A stretch of DNA of 64,000 nucleotides, from assembly GCA_943331445.1 (NCBI GenBank), contig CALQLO010000003.1, positions 66,173 to 130,172 of the forward strand, read 5' to 3'. Both the position numbers and the translations under genes were made by a program. The DNA is from Akkermansia muciniphila (GTDB lineage Bacteria > Verrucomicrobiota > Verrucomicrobiia > Opitutales > UBA953). Shown one piece after another: positions 29,203-39,654 of this stretch (position 1 is the stretch's first letter; each line of letters begins with the position of its first letter). A model generated the notes under the pieces. The model worked only from the letters and a program-made list of their open reading frames with translations, made no database searches and had not been told where the DNA came from.

Positions 29203-29255
29203 CGTCCGCTTTGGATTGGCAGGGCTTCAGTGTCGCGTAGTCTGACTGCGTACCG

Positions 29256-30641
29256 ATGAGCTTGCCTAACTCTGATGCCTTGCGGGTGGCCGCGTTACGG
29301 CTTCCGCGACTGCCATCGATGCCGTCGGTAGCTGGGCCGATCGCGATCGCGGTCTCGGGTGGTGCGGATTCAGTCTACCTACTGTGTGCATTGTGGGCCG
29401 ATGAATCATTGCGGCCGCGCCTTCGTGTTCTCCATCTCGATCACCAGGTCCGAGGCGAAGCCTCTGCGGGAGACGCTTGTTTCGTGGACGCGCTCTGCGC
29501 CGCCCTCGGCGTGCCTTGCGTGCTGGGCTTACGCGAAGGGGCGGGGGCTGCTTCGGAGGCAGACCTGCGCTCCGCCCGCGATACTTTCTTCGCCGAACAG
29601 CGAATGGCTACCGGCTTTGAAATTCTTTGTACTGCTCACCATCTCGATGATGTCGTCGAGAATGCACTGCTGCGCCTCGCTCGCGGTGCGGGGCTGGCCG
29701 GGCTGGCTGCACCGCGGGCCTTGCAGGAGTTTCGCGACGGCCATTGCCGCTGGCGACCGCTCATCGCCGCAGGCCTCACGAAGGCCGACTTACTCTCCGC
29801 CCTCCATGCCGCCGGCCTCCCTTGGCGCGAGGATGCAACGAACATTTTGCCCATCGCGGCCCGCAATCGTATCCGCACCTGGCTGGCCCAAGGCGGAGAG
29901 CAAGCGCTCGGGGTAGGTTATCAGGACGGCTTTGCCCGTTCTGCCCGTATCATTGGCGAAACTCAATGGGCGCTATCGCAGTGGGCGCAGGAACTCGGCT
30001 GTGTCATGGTCGATGGCGCTATGCCCGTGGCTCAGCTCCGCGGCCGCCCAGTAGCCTTAATCCAAGAATGCCTTCGCGGGTTCCTTTATGCGCAAGGCGT
30101 TGCGGATCCGAGCGGACCTTCCCTTGCGTCGCTGACGGCCGCCATGGGTGCCGGTCAAGACGCCCAGTCGGCCGTGCGGGGTTTGCTCGTGCGCGTGCAG
30201 GCCGGTTATCTCTCGGTCTTGAAGGATTCTCCTGTATTAGGACAAACTGAACGTCCGCTACGGTTGGGTGTGCCGGATGAAGAGTGCGGACTGCTAGCGG
30301 AGTTCGCGGATGTCGATGAGGCGCTGTGGGCAAGTCTGTCTCGGGGGGACATTTCGCCCACTCGGGAGGTCTATCTTGTCGCTTCACTTGGGCCGCTTGT
30401 CTGGCGGGGCCGAAGGGAGGGCGACCGCTATCAGCCTCTCGGGTCGTCCGGATCGGCCAAGCTATCCGACCATCTGATTAATCGCAAAATCCCTGTAGCC
30501 CAGCGGGAAGCGTTGCCGGTGGTCATGGCCGATGGGCAGATTCTCTGGGTGCCCGGATTGCCGCCAGCAGAATCCGCGCGTCTGGCAGGGCCGACTAAGG
30601 GGGCTCTCCGGTTGACTTGGCTTGGCCCCTGCTTAGGTTAA
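29256..30641 (+). CDS. tilS: tRNA(Ile)-lysidine synthetase
   Basis: AVSGGADS PP-loop, TAHH.DD, RPL, EDATN, RNRIR; upstream of ftsH. Confidence 0.9.
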   Translation: MSLPNSDALRVAALRLPRLPSMPSVAGPIAIAVSGGADSVYLLCALWADESLRPRLRVLHLDHQVRGEASAGDACFVDALCAALGVPCVLGLREGAGAASEADLRSARDTFFAEQRMATGFEILCTAHHLDDVVENALLRLARGAGLAGLAAPRALQEFRDGHCRWRPLIAAGLTKADLLSALHAAGLPWREDATNILPIAARNRIRTWLAQGGEQALGVGYQDGFARSARIIGETQWALSQWAQELGCVMVDGAMPVAQLRGRPVALIQECLRGFLYAQGVADPSGPSLASLTAAMGAGQDAQSAVRGLLVRVQAGYLSVLKDSPVLGQTERPLRLGVPDEECGLLAEFADVDEALWASLSRGDISPTREVYLVASLGPLVWRGRREGDRYQPLGSSGSAKLSDHLINRKIPVAQREALPVVMADGQILWVPGLPPAESARLAGPTKGALRLTWLGPCLG

Positions 30642-30652
30642 AACCTCTGCCC

Positions 30653-32641
30653 ATGAGCCAAAACGATAATCAGGATAATCGCAACGGGCCGCGCATGAAC
30701 GCCAAGCCCGTGTTGGTCTGGTTGCTGCTCATGGCCGCCATCATCGCTCTTTTTAATATCCCGAACGCCGCCACGGTCGGTGCTCCCCAGAAGCTGACGG
30801 CCTCTCAAGTCCTCGCCGCTGCCAAGGAGGATAAGATTCAAAGCCTCACATTGCGCGGTGACCGCAGTGCAGGTGAGGGCTGGGTGCATCTGTCAGGGGA
30901 GCTCAAGGTTGCGGGGGCCAAGCCCGGGGATAACAACAAGTTTACCGCTGAAGGCTCCCTTACTCCGGCGGATCGCGACCTCTTGCGTGCCCGGATTCCG
31001 ACGGATTCTTTTAAGGACGTCGCTGAACAGACCGGCTGGTCCATGTTCCTTTACAGCACGCTGCCGACGTTGCTCGTCTCCGGCATCGTGTTGTTCATGA
31101 TGTACCGCTTTCTGAAGAATGCGAACCGGGGTGCGATGCAGTTCGCCAAGTCCCGGGCGCGTCTCAATGCCAACGAAAAGGAAGCCACCACTTTTAAGGA
31201 CGTCGCTGGCTGTGATGAGGCGAAGGAAGAGGTGAAGGAGATTGTCGACTTCCTGAAGGATCCGAAGCGTTTTACGCGCATCGGCGCCAGCATCCCGAAG
31301 GGCGTGCTCATGGTCGGGCCTCCTGGTACTGGCAAGACGTTGCTCGCCCGCGCGGTCGCCGGCGAAGCAGGGGTGCCGTTCCTGAGCATCAGCGGCTCGG
31401 ATTTCGTCGAGATGTTTGTGGGAGTCGGCGCCGCCCGCGTACGCGACACCTTTGAGCAGGCCCGCAAAATGGCACCTTGCATTATCTTTATCGACGAGAT
31501 CGATGCGGTTGGCCGCCAGCGCGGTGCCGGCGTCGGCGGTGGTAATGATGAGCGTGAGCAGACGTTGAACTCCTTGCTGGTTGAGATGGATGGCTTTGAT
31601 GGCCAGGCTGGCGTGATCGTGATCGGGGCGACCAATCGCGCCGACGTGCTGGATGCCGCCCTGTTGCGGCCGGGTCGCTTCGATCGCCAGGTGTTTGTCG
31701 ACCTTCCTGACTTGCGCGGACGCGAAGCGGTTCTTGCCGTCCACGCCAAGCGGTTCCAGTTGGCCCCCTCAGTGGATTTACAACGAGTCGCGCGTATCAC
31801 GACCGGCATGTCCGGCGCGGACCTCGCGAATCTTTTGAATGAAGGGGCGCTGCATGCGGGTCGCCGTAATCGCGAAAAAGTCGAGATGTCGGACATCGAA
31901 GAGGCTCGCGACAAAATCGCCTATGGCCGCGAGCGCAAGAAGGTCATGGATGATTCTGACCTTAAGAACACTGCTTACCATGAAGCTGGCCACGCCGTCG
32001 TGCAGGCCCTGATTGATGATGGCGCTTTGCCTTTGCATAAGGTCACCATCATCCCTCGTGGCCGCGCTCTCGGGATGGCGATGCTCATGCCCACCAAGGA
32101 AATCTTGGGTTACACCCGCAAGCGACTACTCGACTACATCTGCATGGCCATGGCTGGTCGGGTCGGCGAGAAAGTCGTCTCCGGAGAAATTTCCAACGGT
32201 GCTTCGAGCGACATCAAGCAGGCTACCCGTTTCGCTCGTCAGATGGTGTGCGACTGGGGGATGAGCGACCTCGGACCCATCGCCTTCGGCGAAAACTCCG
32301 ACACGGTTTTCCTCGGCCGCGAAATTTCGCGCACCCAGAATCACAGTGACGAGACCGCCCGCCGGATTGACGAGGCCATTTCCTCCATCGTGAAGGAGCA
32401 GTATGCCCGCGCCGAGAAACTCATCGCTGACAACGCCGATGCCCATCGCAAGATCGCCGAAGCCCTCTTGGAGTTCGAGACCCTGGATGGCGTGCATGTC
32501 ATGGAAATTCTTAAGACTGGAGCTATCCAGACGCCTATCGTCGCGGCGCCTGAGGTGGTCGCCCCCGCCGCCACGACTTCCCCTGTCCCGACTCGGGCTG
32601 AACCCGACTCGGGGATGCAGTCGGCTCCTAGCCCCGCTTGA
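30653..32641 (+). CDS. ftsH: ATP-dependent zinc metalloprotease FtsH
   Basis: Two TMs, [26 protein letters not shown]. Confidence 0.97.
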   Translation: MSQNDNQDNRNGPRMNAKPVLVWLLLMAAIIALFNIPNAATVGAPQKLTASQVLAAAKEDKIQSLTLRGDRSAGEGWVHLSGELKVAGAKPGDNNKFTAEGSLTPADRDLLRARIPTDSFKDVAEQTGWSMFLYSTLPTLLVSGIVLFMMYRFLKNANRGAMQFAKSRARLNANEKEATTFKDVAGCDEAKEEVKEIVDFLKDPKRFTRIGASIPKGVLMVGPPGTGKTLLARAVAGEAGVPFLSISGSDFVEMFVGVGAARVRDTFEQARKMAPCIIFIDEIDAVGRQRGAGVGGGNDEREQTLNSLLVEMDGFDGQAGVIVIGATNRADVLDAALLRPGRFDRQVFVDLPDLRGREAVLAVHAKRFQLAPSVDLQRVARITTGMSGADLANLLNEGALHAGRRNREKVEMSDIEEARDKIAYGRERKKVMDDSDLKNTAYHEAGHAVVQALIDDGALPLHKVTIIPRGRALGMAMLMPTKEILGYTRKRLLDYICMAMAGRVGEKVVSGEISNGASSDIKQATRFARQMVCDWGMSDLGPIAFGENSDTVFLGREISRTQNHSDETARRIDEAISSIVKEQYARAEKLIADNADAHRKIAEALLEFETLDGVHVMEILKTGAIQTPIVAAPEVVAPAATTSPVPTRAEPDSGMQSAPSPA

Positions 32642-32678
32642 GGTTTGCCTCGTCGGCCTAGCTAACTAGGCTCACGGC

Positions 32679-33254
32679 ATGGTCATCGGACTCACTGGCG
32701 GGATAGGCTGCGGAAAGTCCGCAGCGGCCGCTTTCTTTGCCGAGTTGGGCTTTCAGGTTATTGATGCCGATAAACTTGCGAGGCAGGTCCTCGAGTCCCC
32801 GGCCTGCGTCGCCCAGCTTCAGGCTCACTGGGGTCGCGACTGTCTTGATTCAGTCGGCCTGCCTAATCGCGCTTGGATAGCCGCCAAGGTTTTCGCTGAG
32901 CCTGCTGAGCTCGCGTTTCTGGAGGGGCTGACTCACCCTGAGGTGGCCCGGCAGCGCCAAAACCTCATTGCCCAGCACAATGGCGATACGGTCGTTGAGA
33001 TCCCGTTGCTTTTTGAGAAGAATTTAGGCGCTGAGTTTTCGACTGTCGTTTGCGTGGCAAGTTCTGACGCCATTCGACGGGAGCGGTTACGCCTTCGTGG
33101 TCTTTCGGAGGTGCAAATTACCGCGAGGATTAATTCACAAATACCTATTGAGCAGAAGGTTAAGGGCTCAGACTTTGTGATTTGGAACGATGGAGAGCTT
33201 TCTTTTCTTCGGCAGCAGGTCGGGCGATTGGTAACCCAGTTGCGCGGTCGATGA
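32679..33254 (+). CDS. coaE: Dephospho-CoA kinase
   Basis: IGLTGGIGCGKS, IDAD, THP, EIPLLFE. Confidence 0.95.
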   Translation: MVIGLTGGIGCGKSAAAAFFAELGFQVIDADKLARQVLESPACVAQLQAHWGRDCLDSVGLPNRAWIAAKVFAEPAELAFLEGLTHPEVARQRQNLIAQHNGDTVVEIPLLFEKNLGAEFSTVVCVASSDAIRRERLRLRGLSEVQITARINSQIPIEQKVKGSDFVIWNDGELSFLRQQVGRLVTQLRGR

Positions 33255-33382
33255 AATCGGTAGGTTTTCGCTTAATTTGCGGTTGCGGGTAAGGTTCCCT
33301 GATTTAGGTTATTTTACCCCGCCGTTCCTCTCCAAGAGGCCCTGCATTTCTACCCCCATCTTCCGCTCCGGACTTCCCTACT

Positions 33383-35101
33383 GTGACGACCGCCGACGAC
33401 TACGTCATTCAATTCATTCAGGACAAGGGGCTCGTGTCCCCTGCCGACGTGACGCAGGCCAGGGCTGACCTTGGCGCCATTCCGGAAGGGCAGAACCCTG
33501 ACACCTTGGCTTTGGCTAAGCTGGTGGAGACCGGCAAGGTGGCGTGGGCTAAAATCACTGAGGCGCTCAGCAAGGAATTCGATATGGAGCTGGTGGATCT
33601 TTCACAGATCGCCCCGGCCGAGGATGTGCTCAAACTGATTAGTCGCGACCAAGCCGAGCGTCATAATATCCTGCCGCTGCAGATGGACGGCGTCGAACTG
33701 GTCGTCGCTATTTCCGACCCCCTCGACACTGAGACGATCGACTCGATTTCCCGGATGCTGAAGGTGGCCCTGAATCCGAAGCTGGCCCCGCCCGAGGAGC
33801 TTAAGGCGGCAATCTCTCGCTGCTATAACGGCGGCCAGATGAGCGTGTCCTACGATGATATTTTAGGTAAGTCCGAAGAGGGCGGTTTATCGGTAGAGCT
33901 CCCGCAGGGTGGCGACGTCAAGGAGGACGACGCTCCCATCATCCGCTATGTCAACTCGCTCATCGTTGACGCCATTCGCCGCAAGGCTTCCGATATTCAC
34001 CTCGAGCCCCTAGAGAAACGCTTCCGCGTGCGCTTCCGTATCGACGGCGTCTTGCAGGAAATGAAGGGCCCACCTAAGCGCCTGCAGGCTTCCGTGATTT
34101 CCCGCCTCAAGTTGATGGCGGAAGTTTCGCTCGCCGAGAAACGCATCCCGCAGGACGGCCGTATTCAAGCCCGCACGGGCGGCCGCGACATTGACTTGCG
34201 CGTCTCCGTGCTGCCCACGGTTTATGGCGAATCCATCGTCATGCGAATTCTCGACAAGGAGGGCCTTAAGCTCGGCCTGCCGGAGTTGGGCTTCTTCGCT
34301 GACGACCAAGCTAAGTTCCAAGGGCTGATTTCGGGTTCAGACGGGGTTTTCCTGGTCACCGGCCCGACGGGTTCGGGCAAGTCCACCACCCTGTATTCCG
34401 CGCTTAACTACATCAATAAGCCGGACCGAAAAATCATCACGGTCGAAGACCCGGTCGAATACCAGATGGCCGGCATCAATCAGGTGCAGGTGAAGCGCGA
34501 TGTCGGTATGACCTTCGCCGCCGCCCTTCGCGCAATGCTTCGTCAGGCGCCCAACATCGTGATGATTGGGGAAATTCGAGATCTTGAGACCGCGGAAATC
34601 GCCATCAATGCGGCGCTCACCGGCCACATGGTTTTCTCCACGCTGCACACCAACGATTCCGTCAGTGCGGTCACCCGACTCGTTGATATCGGGGTTAAGC
34701 CGTTCCTCGTTTCCGCCGCGCTCCGCGGGGCGTTGGCCCAACGACTCGTCCGCCGCATTTGCCAGTCCTGTGCGCAGCCCTACAAGCCCAATGCGAAGGA
34801 ACTCTATTCCATCGGCATGTCCGAGCAGGACATGGCCGGAGCGACCCCCATGAAAGGTGCCGGTTGCGTCAAGTGCGGCGAGCGTGGCTACAAGGGACGC
34901 CGTGGTGTCTTTGAGATGTTCGTCATCACCGAGGAAATCCAGGAGATGATTTACAGCGGCGCAAATCTCGTCGACCTACGACGCAAGGCGCGCGAAGCCG
35001 GCATGCGCACGATGCGCGAAGACGGCCAGCGCAAGGTGGCCTCGGGCATGACCACCATCGAGGAGGTCATGGGTGCCACCGTGGCTGACGACATTATCTA
35101 A
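33383..35101 (+). CDS. GspE/PilB-family secretion or pilus assembly ATPase, copy 1
   Basis: [40 protein letters not shown], tetra-Cys. Confidence 0.93.
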   Translation: MTTADDYVIQFIQDKGLVSPADVTQARADLGAIPEGQNPDTLALAKLVETGKVAWAKITEALSKEFDMELVDLSQIAPAEDVLKLISRDQAERHNILPLQMDGVELVVAISDPLDTETIDSISRMLKVALNPKLAPPEELKAAISRCYNGGQMSVSYDDILGKSEEGGLSVELPQGGDVKEDDAPIIRYVNSLIVDAIRRKASDIHLEPLEKRFRVRFRIDGVLQEMKGPPKRLQASVISRLKLMAEVSLAEKRIPQDGRIQARTGGRDIDLRVSVLPTVYGESIVMRILDKEGLKLGLPELGFFADDQAKFQGLISGSDGVFLVTGPTGSGKSTTLYSALNYINKPDRKIITVEDPVEYQMAGINQVQVKRDVGMTFAAALRAMLRQAPNIVMIGEIRDLETAEIAINAALTGHMVFSTLHTNDSVSAVTRLVDIGVKPFLVSAALRGALAQRLVRRICQSCAQPYKPNAKELYSIGMSEQDMAGATPMKGAGCVKCGERGYKGRRGVFEMFVITEEIQEMIYSGANLVDLRRKAREAGMRTMREDGQRKVASGMTTIEEVMGATVADDII

Positions 35102-35106
35102 TATCG

Positions 35107-36180
35107 ATGGCCTACGAGATGAATCAGTTGCTGGAGGCGATGACCGAGAACGGTGCTTCCGATCTGCATATTCATGTGGGCCGCTCTCCCTGTCTGCGGG
35201 TCAATGGCATCGTCGTCTCTGTGGATGGTCCCGCGCTGACCGAAGCCGAAGTCGAGCGTCTGGTCAGATCGGTGGTGCCCGTTGCTCAGCTCCCGCGTCT
35301 CGAGAAGGACGGCGGGTGCGATTTCGCTTTTTCCTTTCGTGATAAATGCCGCTTGCGCGTGAATGCCTTCCGCGGCCACGGAGCCTACGGCATGGTTCTG
35401 CGTCTCCTGCCTTCGGCAATGTTCACGCTCGAGCAGCTGCGACTCCCCTCCGTCATCAAAGATTTGCTGCGGCGAGCTCGCGGTTTGGTGCTGGTCACTG
35501 GGCCGACCGGCTCCGGGAAATCCACCACCCTCGCTTCGATGATCAACTGGATCAACGAGAACGAGCAGGGCCACATCATCACCATCGAAGACCCGATCGA
35601 GTATACGCACGAGCACAAGAGCTGCATGGTCACCCAACGCGAGGTTGGGGTCGATTTGCCGTCGTTTGCTGAGGGTGTTCGGGCCGCGCTTCGTCAGGAT
35701 CCAGATGTCATCTTAATCGGGGAAATGCGCGACCTTGAGACGATCGAAGCCGCGGTCACCGCCGCCGAGACGGGCCACCTTGTGCTCGCCACCCTGCATA
35801 CCTCCGGCGCCGCCCGCACCATCGATCGCATCATCGATGCTTTCCCCGCCAACGCGCGCGAACAGATTCGGGCGCAGCTTTCGACCTCGCTGACCGCCGT
35901 GATTTCGCAGTGCCTGTTGCACACCAAGGAAGACAAGCGGGTCGCCGCCTTTGAGATCATGCTGCGGACGGATGGCGTGGCCGCAAAAATTCGCGAAGGC
36001 AAGACCTACCAACTGTTGACGGATATCGAAACCGGCGGCGTGCGCGGGATGCGCACCTTGGACAGCGACCTGCTCTCGCTCTGCCATCAAGGCCTCGTTT
36101 CGGAGGACGAAATCTTTAACTACTGTCAGAATCCCGAAGCGATGCGTGACCGCATTAAAGCTGCGCCCGCTGCTCGCTAA
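35107..36180 (+). CDS. pilT: PilT/PilU-family retraction ATPase
   Basis: [44 protein letters not shown]. Confidence 0.9.
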   Translation: MAYEMNQLLEAMTENGASDLHIHVGRSPCLRVNGIVVSVDGPALTEAEVERLVRSVVPVAQLPRLEKDGGCDFAFSFRDKCRLRVNAFRGHGAYGMVLRLLPSAMFTLEQLRLPSVIKDLLRRARGLVLVTGPTGSGKSTTLASMINWINENEQGHIITIEDPIEYTHEHKSCMVTQREVGVDLPSFAEGVRAALRQDPDVILIGEMRDLETIEAAVTAAETGHLVLATLHTSGAARTIDRIIDAFPANAREQIRAQLSTSLTAVISQCLLHTKEDKRVAAFEIMLRTDGVAAKIREGKTYQLLTDIETGGVRGMRTLDSDLLSLCHQGLVSEDEIFNYCQNPEAMRDRIKAAPAAR

Positions 36181-36206
36181 ACTTTCCCACCCCTTATTCT
36201 ATTCCC

Positions 36207-37892
36207 ATGTTTGACGACCACAGCGACCTGATCCGCGATATCGCCCTTGAGGCGGGACTCGTCTCGCCTCCCCAGGCCGAAGAAATCTGGGAGTCGCACG
36301 GCCTGACGGGCAAATCCTTCTCCGAGTCGATGATCGACGCCGGCCTGGCCGACCGTCCGACCATTCTCCAGGCGGTCGCGGATCACTTGCATGTACAGTT
36401 TTATGCCGCCGTGCCGCATGAACTCGGGGATGATTTAATCAAGCTCCTCAAGCCGGCGCAGGCGCACAAATACGTCGTGATTCCGGTTTCGGATGAGGCG
36501 GGAAAGCTCACGCTGCTCGCCAAGGACCCGTTCAACTCGGCGGCCGTCAATGAGCTGACCTTTATTCTCCAGCGTGACATCGAGTTGGCTGTCGCCGATC
36601 CGGCGTTGGTGGAGTCCGCGGTTATTCGTGTTTACGGGGAGCCTTCCTCTTCCTCGATGGAAGATCTGTTGGGTGAATTCGATCAAGTTGAAGGCGGCGT
36701 CCCGGTTACGGATGAGGACGTCGTCAATCAGGCCAGCCAGGCTCCGATTATTCGCTTCGTCGACCTCGTGCTGCAAGAAGGGGTCAAAGCCAAGGCTTCC
36801 GATATTCACTTCGAGCCGTTCGAGCATGAGTTCCGTATCCGCCTGCGCATCGACGGCTCTTTGTATGAAATGGCGCCGCCACCCAAGAATCTCGCGTCGG
36901 CGGTCATCGCCCGCGTCAAGGTGCTCTCTTCGCTGAATATCGCCGAACGGCGCGTACCCCAGGATGGTCGTATCAAGACCACCATCAGTGGACGCGCTAT
37001 CGATTTACGCGTCTCGACGCTGCCGACCCAGTTTGGCGAGTCCGTCGTGCTCCGTATCTTGGACAAGACCGTCGTCAACCTGAGCCTCGACGCACTGTCG
37101 ATGCAGGATGACATCAAGGAAGGCATCCGGGCGATGGTCAGCCGGCCGAACGGAATCTTCATTGTCACCGGCCCGACGGGTTCCGGTAAGACGACCACGC
37201 TTTATTCCGCGCTCCGTGAAGTGAATACCGAGGACATGAAAATCCTCACGGCCGAAGACCCGGTCGAATACGAAGTTGAAGGCATCATGCAGGTTCCGAT
37301 TAACCATCAGGTCGGGCTCACCTTTGCGGCCGCGCTCCGTTCGTTCCTTCGCCAAGACCCTGACACAATCATGGTTGGTGAAATCCGTGACCTTGAGACC
37401 GCCCAGATTGCCGTGCAGGCCTCGCTGACTGGCCACGTCGTGCTCTCGACGCTTCACACCAACGACGCCCCGGGTGCCGTGACCCGTCTGATTGATATGG
37501 GACTCGAGCCCTTCCTGATCTCCGCTTCGCTCGAAGGGATCCTCGCCCAACGTCTGCTCCGCCGCATTTGTAAGTCCTGCCGCACCGCCTACGAGCCGGA
37601 TAAGGACGTCATCAACATGCTCGATGTGGACGCCTTGGAGATCTCCAACAAGAAGTTCTACTTCGGAAAGGGGTGTGCAGAGTGCAATCGTGCCGGGTAC
37701 CGCGGACGCCAAGGCCTCTTTGAGCTGATGTCTATTAACGACAATATCCGCACCCTTATCACGCAGAAGGCGCCGACCTTGGTGCTCAAGCAGAAGGCCA
37801 TCGAATCCGGCATGCGTCCGCTCCGCGAGGATGGTCTGCGTTGCATCTTTGACGGACTGACTACTATCGAGGAAGTCCTTAAGTACACCTAA
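36207..37892 (+). CDS. GspE/PilB-family ATPase, copy 2
   Basis: [30 protein letters not shown], tetra-Cys. Confidence 0.93.
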   Translation: MFDDHSDLIRDIALEAGLVSPPQAEEIWESHGLTGKSFSESMIDAGLADRPTILQAVADHLHVQFYAAVPHELGDDLIKLLKPAQAHKYVVIPVSDEAGKLTLLAKDPFNSAAVNELTFILQRDIELAVADPALVESAVIRVYGEPSSSSMEDLLGEFDQVEGGVPVTDEDVVNQASQAPIIRFVDLVLQEGVKAKASDIHFEPFEHEFRIRLRIDGSLYEMAPPPKNLASAVIARVKVLSSLNIAERRVPQDGRIKTTISGRAIDLRVSTLPTQFGESVVLRILDKTVVNLSLDALSMQDDIKEGIRAMVSRPNGIFIVTGPTGSGKTTTLYSALREVNTEDMKILTAEDPVEYEVEGIMQVPINHQVGLTFAAALRSFLRQDPDTIMVGEIRDLETAQIAVQASLTGHVVLSTLHTNDAPGAVTRLIDMGLEPFLISASLEGILAQRLLRRICKSCRTAYEPDKDVINMLDVDALEISNKKFYFGKGCAECNRAGYRGRQGLFELMSINDNIRTLITQKAPTLVLKQKAIESGMRPLREDGLRCIFDGLTTIEEVLKYT

Positions 37893-37912
37893 CCCCTTAC
37901 CCAGCCACCCCT

Positions 37913-39163
37913 ATGCCCGACTACAAGTACACCGCTATCGACAAAGGCGGCAACCAGACCTCCGGAACTGTCGATGCCGCCAATGATGAGCAGGCGCGCT
38001 CCAAGCTCATGGCGCGCGGCTTGATGGTCACGACATTGAATGCCAATGCCGGTGCCCCCAAGTCCGCATCCTCCGCGGCCTCTGCCCCGGCTTCCGCCCC
38101 GAGGTCGGGATTGTTCGGCGCCAAGGTTTCCTCCGATGACGTCACCCTGATGACGCGTCAGCTCGCGACGCTGATTATCGCAGGTTTGCCGTTGTTGCGG
38201 GCGCTGGAACTAATCACCAAGCAGGAACGCAATCCAGCCTTCGCCCGCGTCCTCGCCAATGTCGCTGATAGCGTCTCGCAGGGCAATAACCTCTCCGAGG
38301 CTCTGCAGGCCCATCCGAAGGTCTTCGACCGTCTCTTTGTCAACATGGTCCGTGCCGGCGAGGCGGGCGGCGTGCTTGATAAGGTTCTCGATCGTCTGGC
38401 CAAATTCCGGGAAAAGGCCGCTCGCATCCAGAAGAAGGTCAAGTCGGCCATGGTGTATCCTGGCGTCGTCATGTCGGTCGCCATCGTTATCGTCTACATC
38501 CTGATGGTGAAGGTTGTCCCGTCTTTCCAGAAGTTACTGGATGGCCAGAAGACCCAGATGCCGCCGTTAACCCAGTTCGTTGTGGGCATCTCCAAGGCCC
38601 TCACGGTTTACTGGTGGGCTACGCCAGTCATCATCGTTGGGATCGTCGTCGGATTGAAGCAGGTTCTGTCGAGCGAGAAGGGCAAGGAAGTCTTTGATAA
38701 GATCATCTTAAAAGTACCGAAGGTCGGTGCTTTCGTAACGGTCGTCACCGTCTCCCGCTTCGCGCGTACCTTCGGTACCTTGATGGCTTCCGGGGTGCCG
38801 ATTCTCCAGGCGATCACGATCACCCGCGACACCCTCGATAACGCCGTCATCGCGAAAGCGTTGGAGAAAGTGCATGACCGAGTTCGCGATGGCGAAGCGC
38901 TTTCTGTGCCACTCGAGCAATCGAAGTTATTCCCGCAGATGGTCACCTCGATGATTCAGGTCGGCGAAGAAACGGGTCAGCTGCCCGAGATGCTTAACCG
39001 CGTTGCGGACATCTATGACGAAGACGTTGATAACGCCGTGACCGCGCTCACTTCGATCATCGAGCCTATCCTCATCGTGTTCCTCGCCGTGGTGGTCGGC
39101 ACGATCGTTCTCGCGATGTTCCTGCCGCTCATCGCGCTCATCACGAAGATGACCGGGGGCTAA
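37913..39163 (+). CDS. pilC: PilC/GspF inner-membrane platform protein
   Basis: TRQLATL, AGE.GG.L, AMVYP, GEETG, IEP. Confidence 0.93.
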   Translation: MPDYKYTAIDKGGNQTSGTVDAANDEQARSKLMARGLMVTTLNANAGAPKSASSAASAPASAPRSGLFGAKVSSDDVTLMTRQLATLIIAGLPLLRALELITKQERNPAFARVLANVADSVSQGNNLSEALQAHPKVFDRLFVNMVRAGEAGGVLDKVLDRLAKFREKAARIQKKVKSAMVYPGVVMSVAIVIVYILMVKVVPSFQKLLDGQKTQMPPLTQFVVGISKALTVYWWATPVIIVGIVVGLKQVLSSEKGKEVFDKIILKVPKVGAFVTVVTVSRFARTFGTLMASGVPILQAITITRDTLDNAVIAKALEKVHDRVRDGEALSVPLEQSKLFPQMVTSMIQVGEETGQLPEMLNRVADIYDEDVDNAVTALTSIIEPILIVFLAVVVGTIVLAMFLPLIALITKMTGG

Positions 39164-39181
39164 TCAGCCCTTCAGCAAAGC

Positions 39182-39219
39182 AAGAAGCCCGGTCCAAGTG
39201 GATCGGGCTTCTTTGTTTT
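39182..39219 (+). terminator. Terminator of the pil operon
   Basis: AAGAAGCCCGGTCC-loop-GGATCGGGCTTCTT followed by TGTTTT. Confidence 0.8.
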
Positions 39220-39239
39220 GGTCAGATTCGTGACCCCCT

Positions 39240-39330
39240 AAAAAGGAGGCGGCTTGCATACCCCTATGCAAGCCGCCTGTTTTTTACTGCTTTATCTTAC
39301 TTACCCCATTGTCCCGTAGGACAAAGTTAA
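39240..39330 (-). ncRNA. Candidate small RNA (5' hairpin, A/G-rich linker, 14-bp terminator hairpin)
   Basis: TTGTCC-TACG-GGACAA; two GGGGTA motifs; AGGCGGCTTGCATA-GGGG-TATGCAAGCCGCCT followed by CCTTTTT. Confidence 0.35.
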
Positions 39331-39428
39331 TACCTGATACCGTGCAATTAAATCGGACTCCTTCAACACTAATCCGACGGCTTTTCAGGTTTTGTTGATT
39401 AAACCACTATCAATCAACGATTTAAAAT

Positions 39429-39506
39429 TGGGTGCAGGGGTAGGATTTGAACCTACGACCTTCAGGTTATGAGCCTGACGAGCTAACCGGGCTGCTCCAC
39501 CCTGCA
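39429..39506 (-). tRNA. tRNA-Met(CAT), initiator type
   Basis: GGAGCAGCCCGGTTAGCTCG D-arm as in tRNA-fMet; TCAGG-CT-CAT-AA-CCTGA; encoded CCA. Confidence 0.93.
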
Positions 39507-39654
39507 ATAAGTGGGAAGTGAAGGAGAAAGGGGACACACCCGGGTCGCAAGCCATTTTTTAGGCCAGTTCTGCACGGCTAGTTTGCCGATTCCTTGGGTC
39601 AAAAAGGGTTGAAGCGGGGAGGGGGGAGTCAAAGATGTCAGAACCCCCTAAGCG

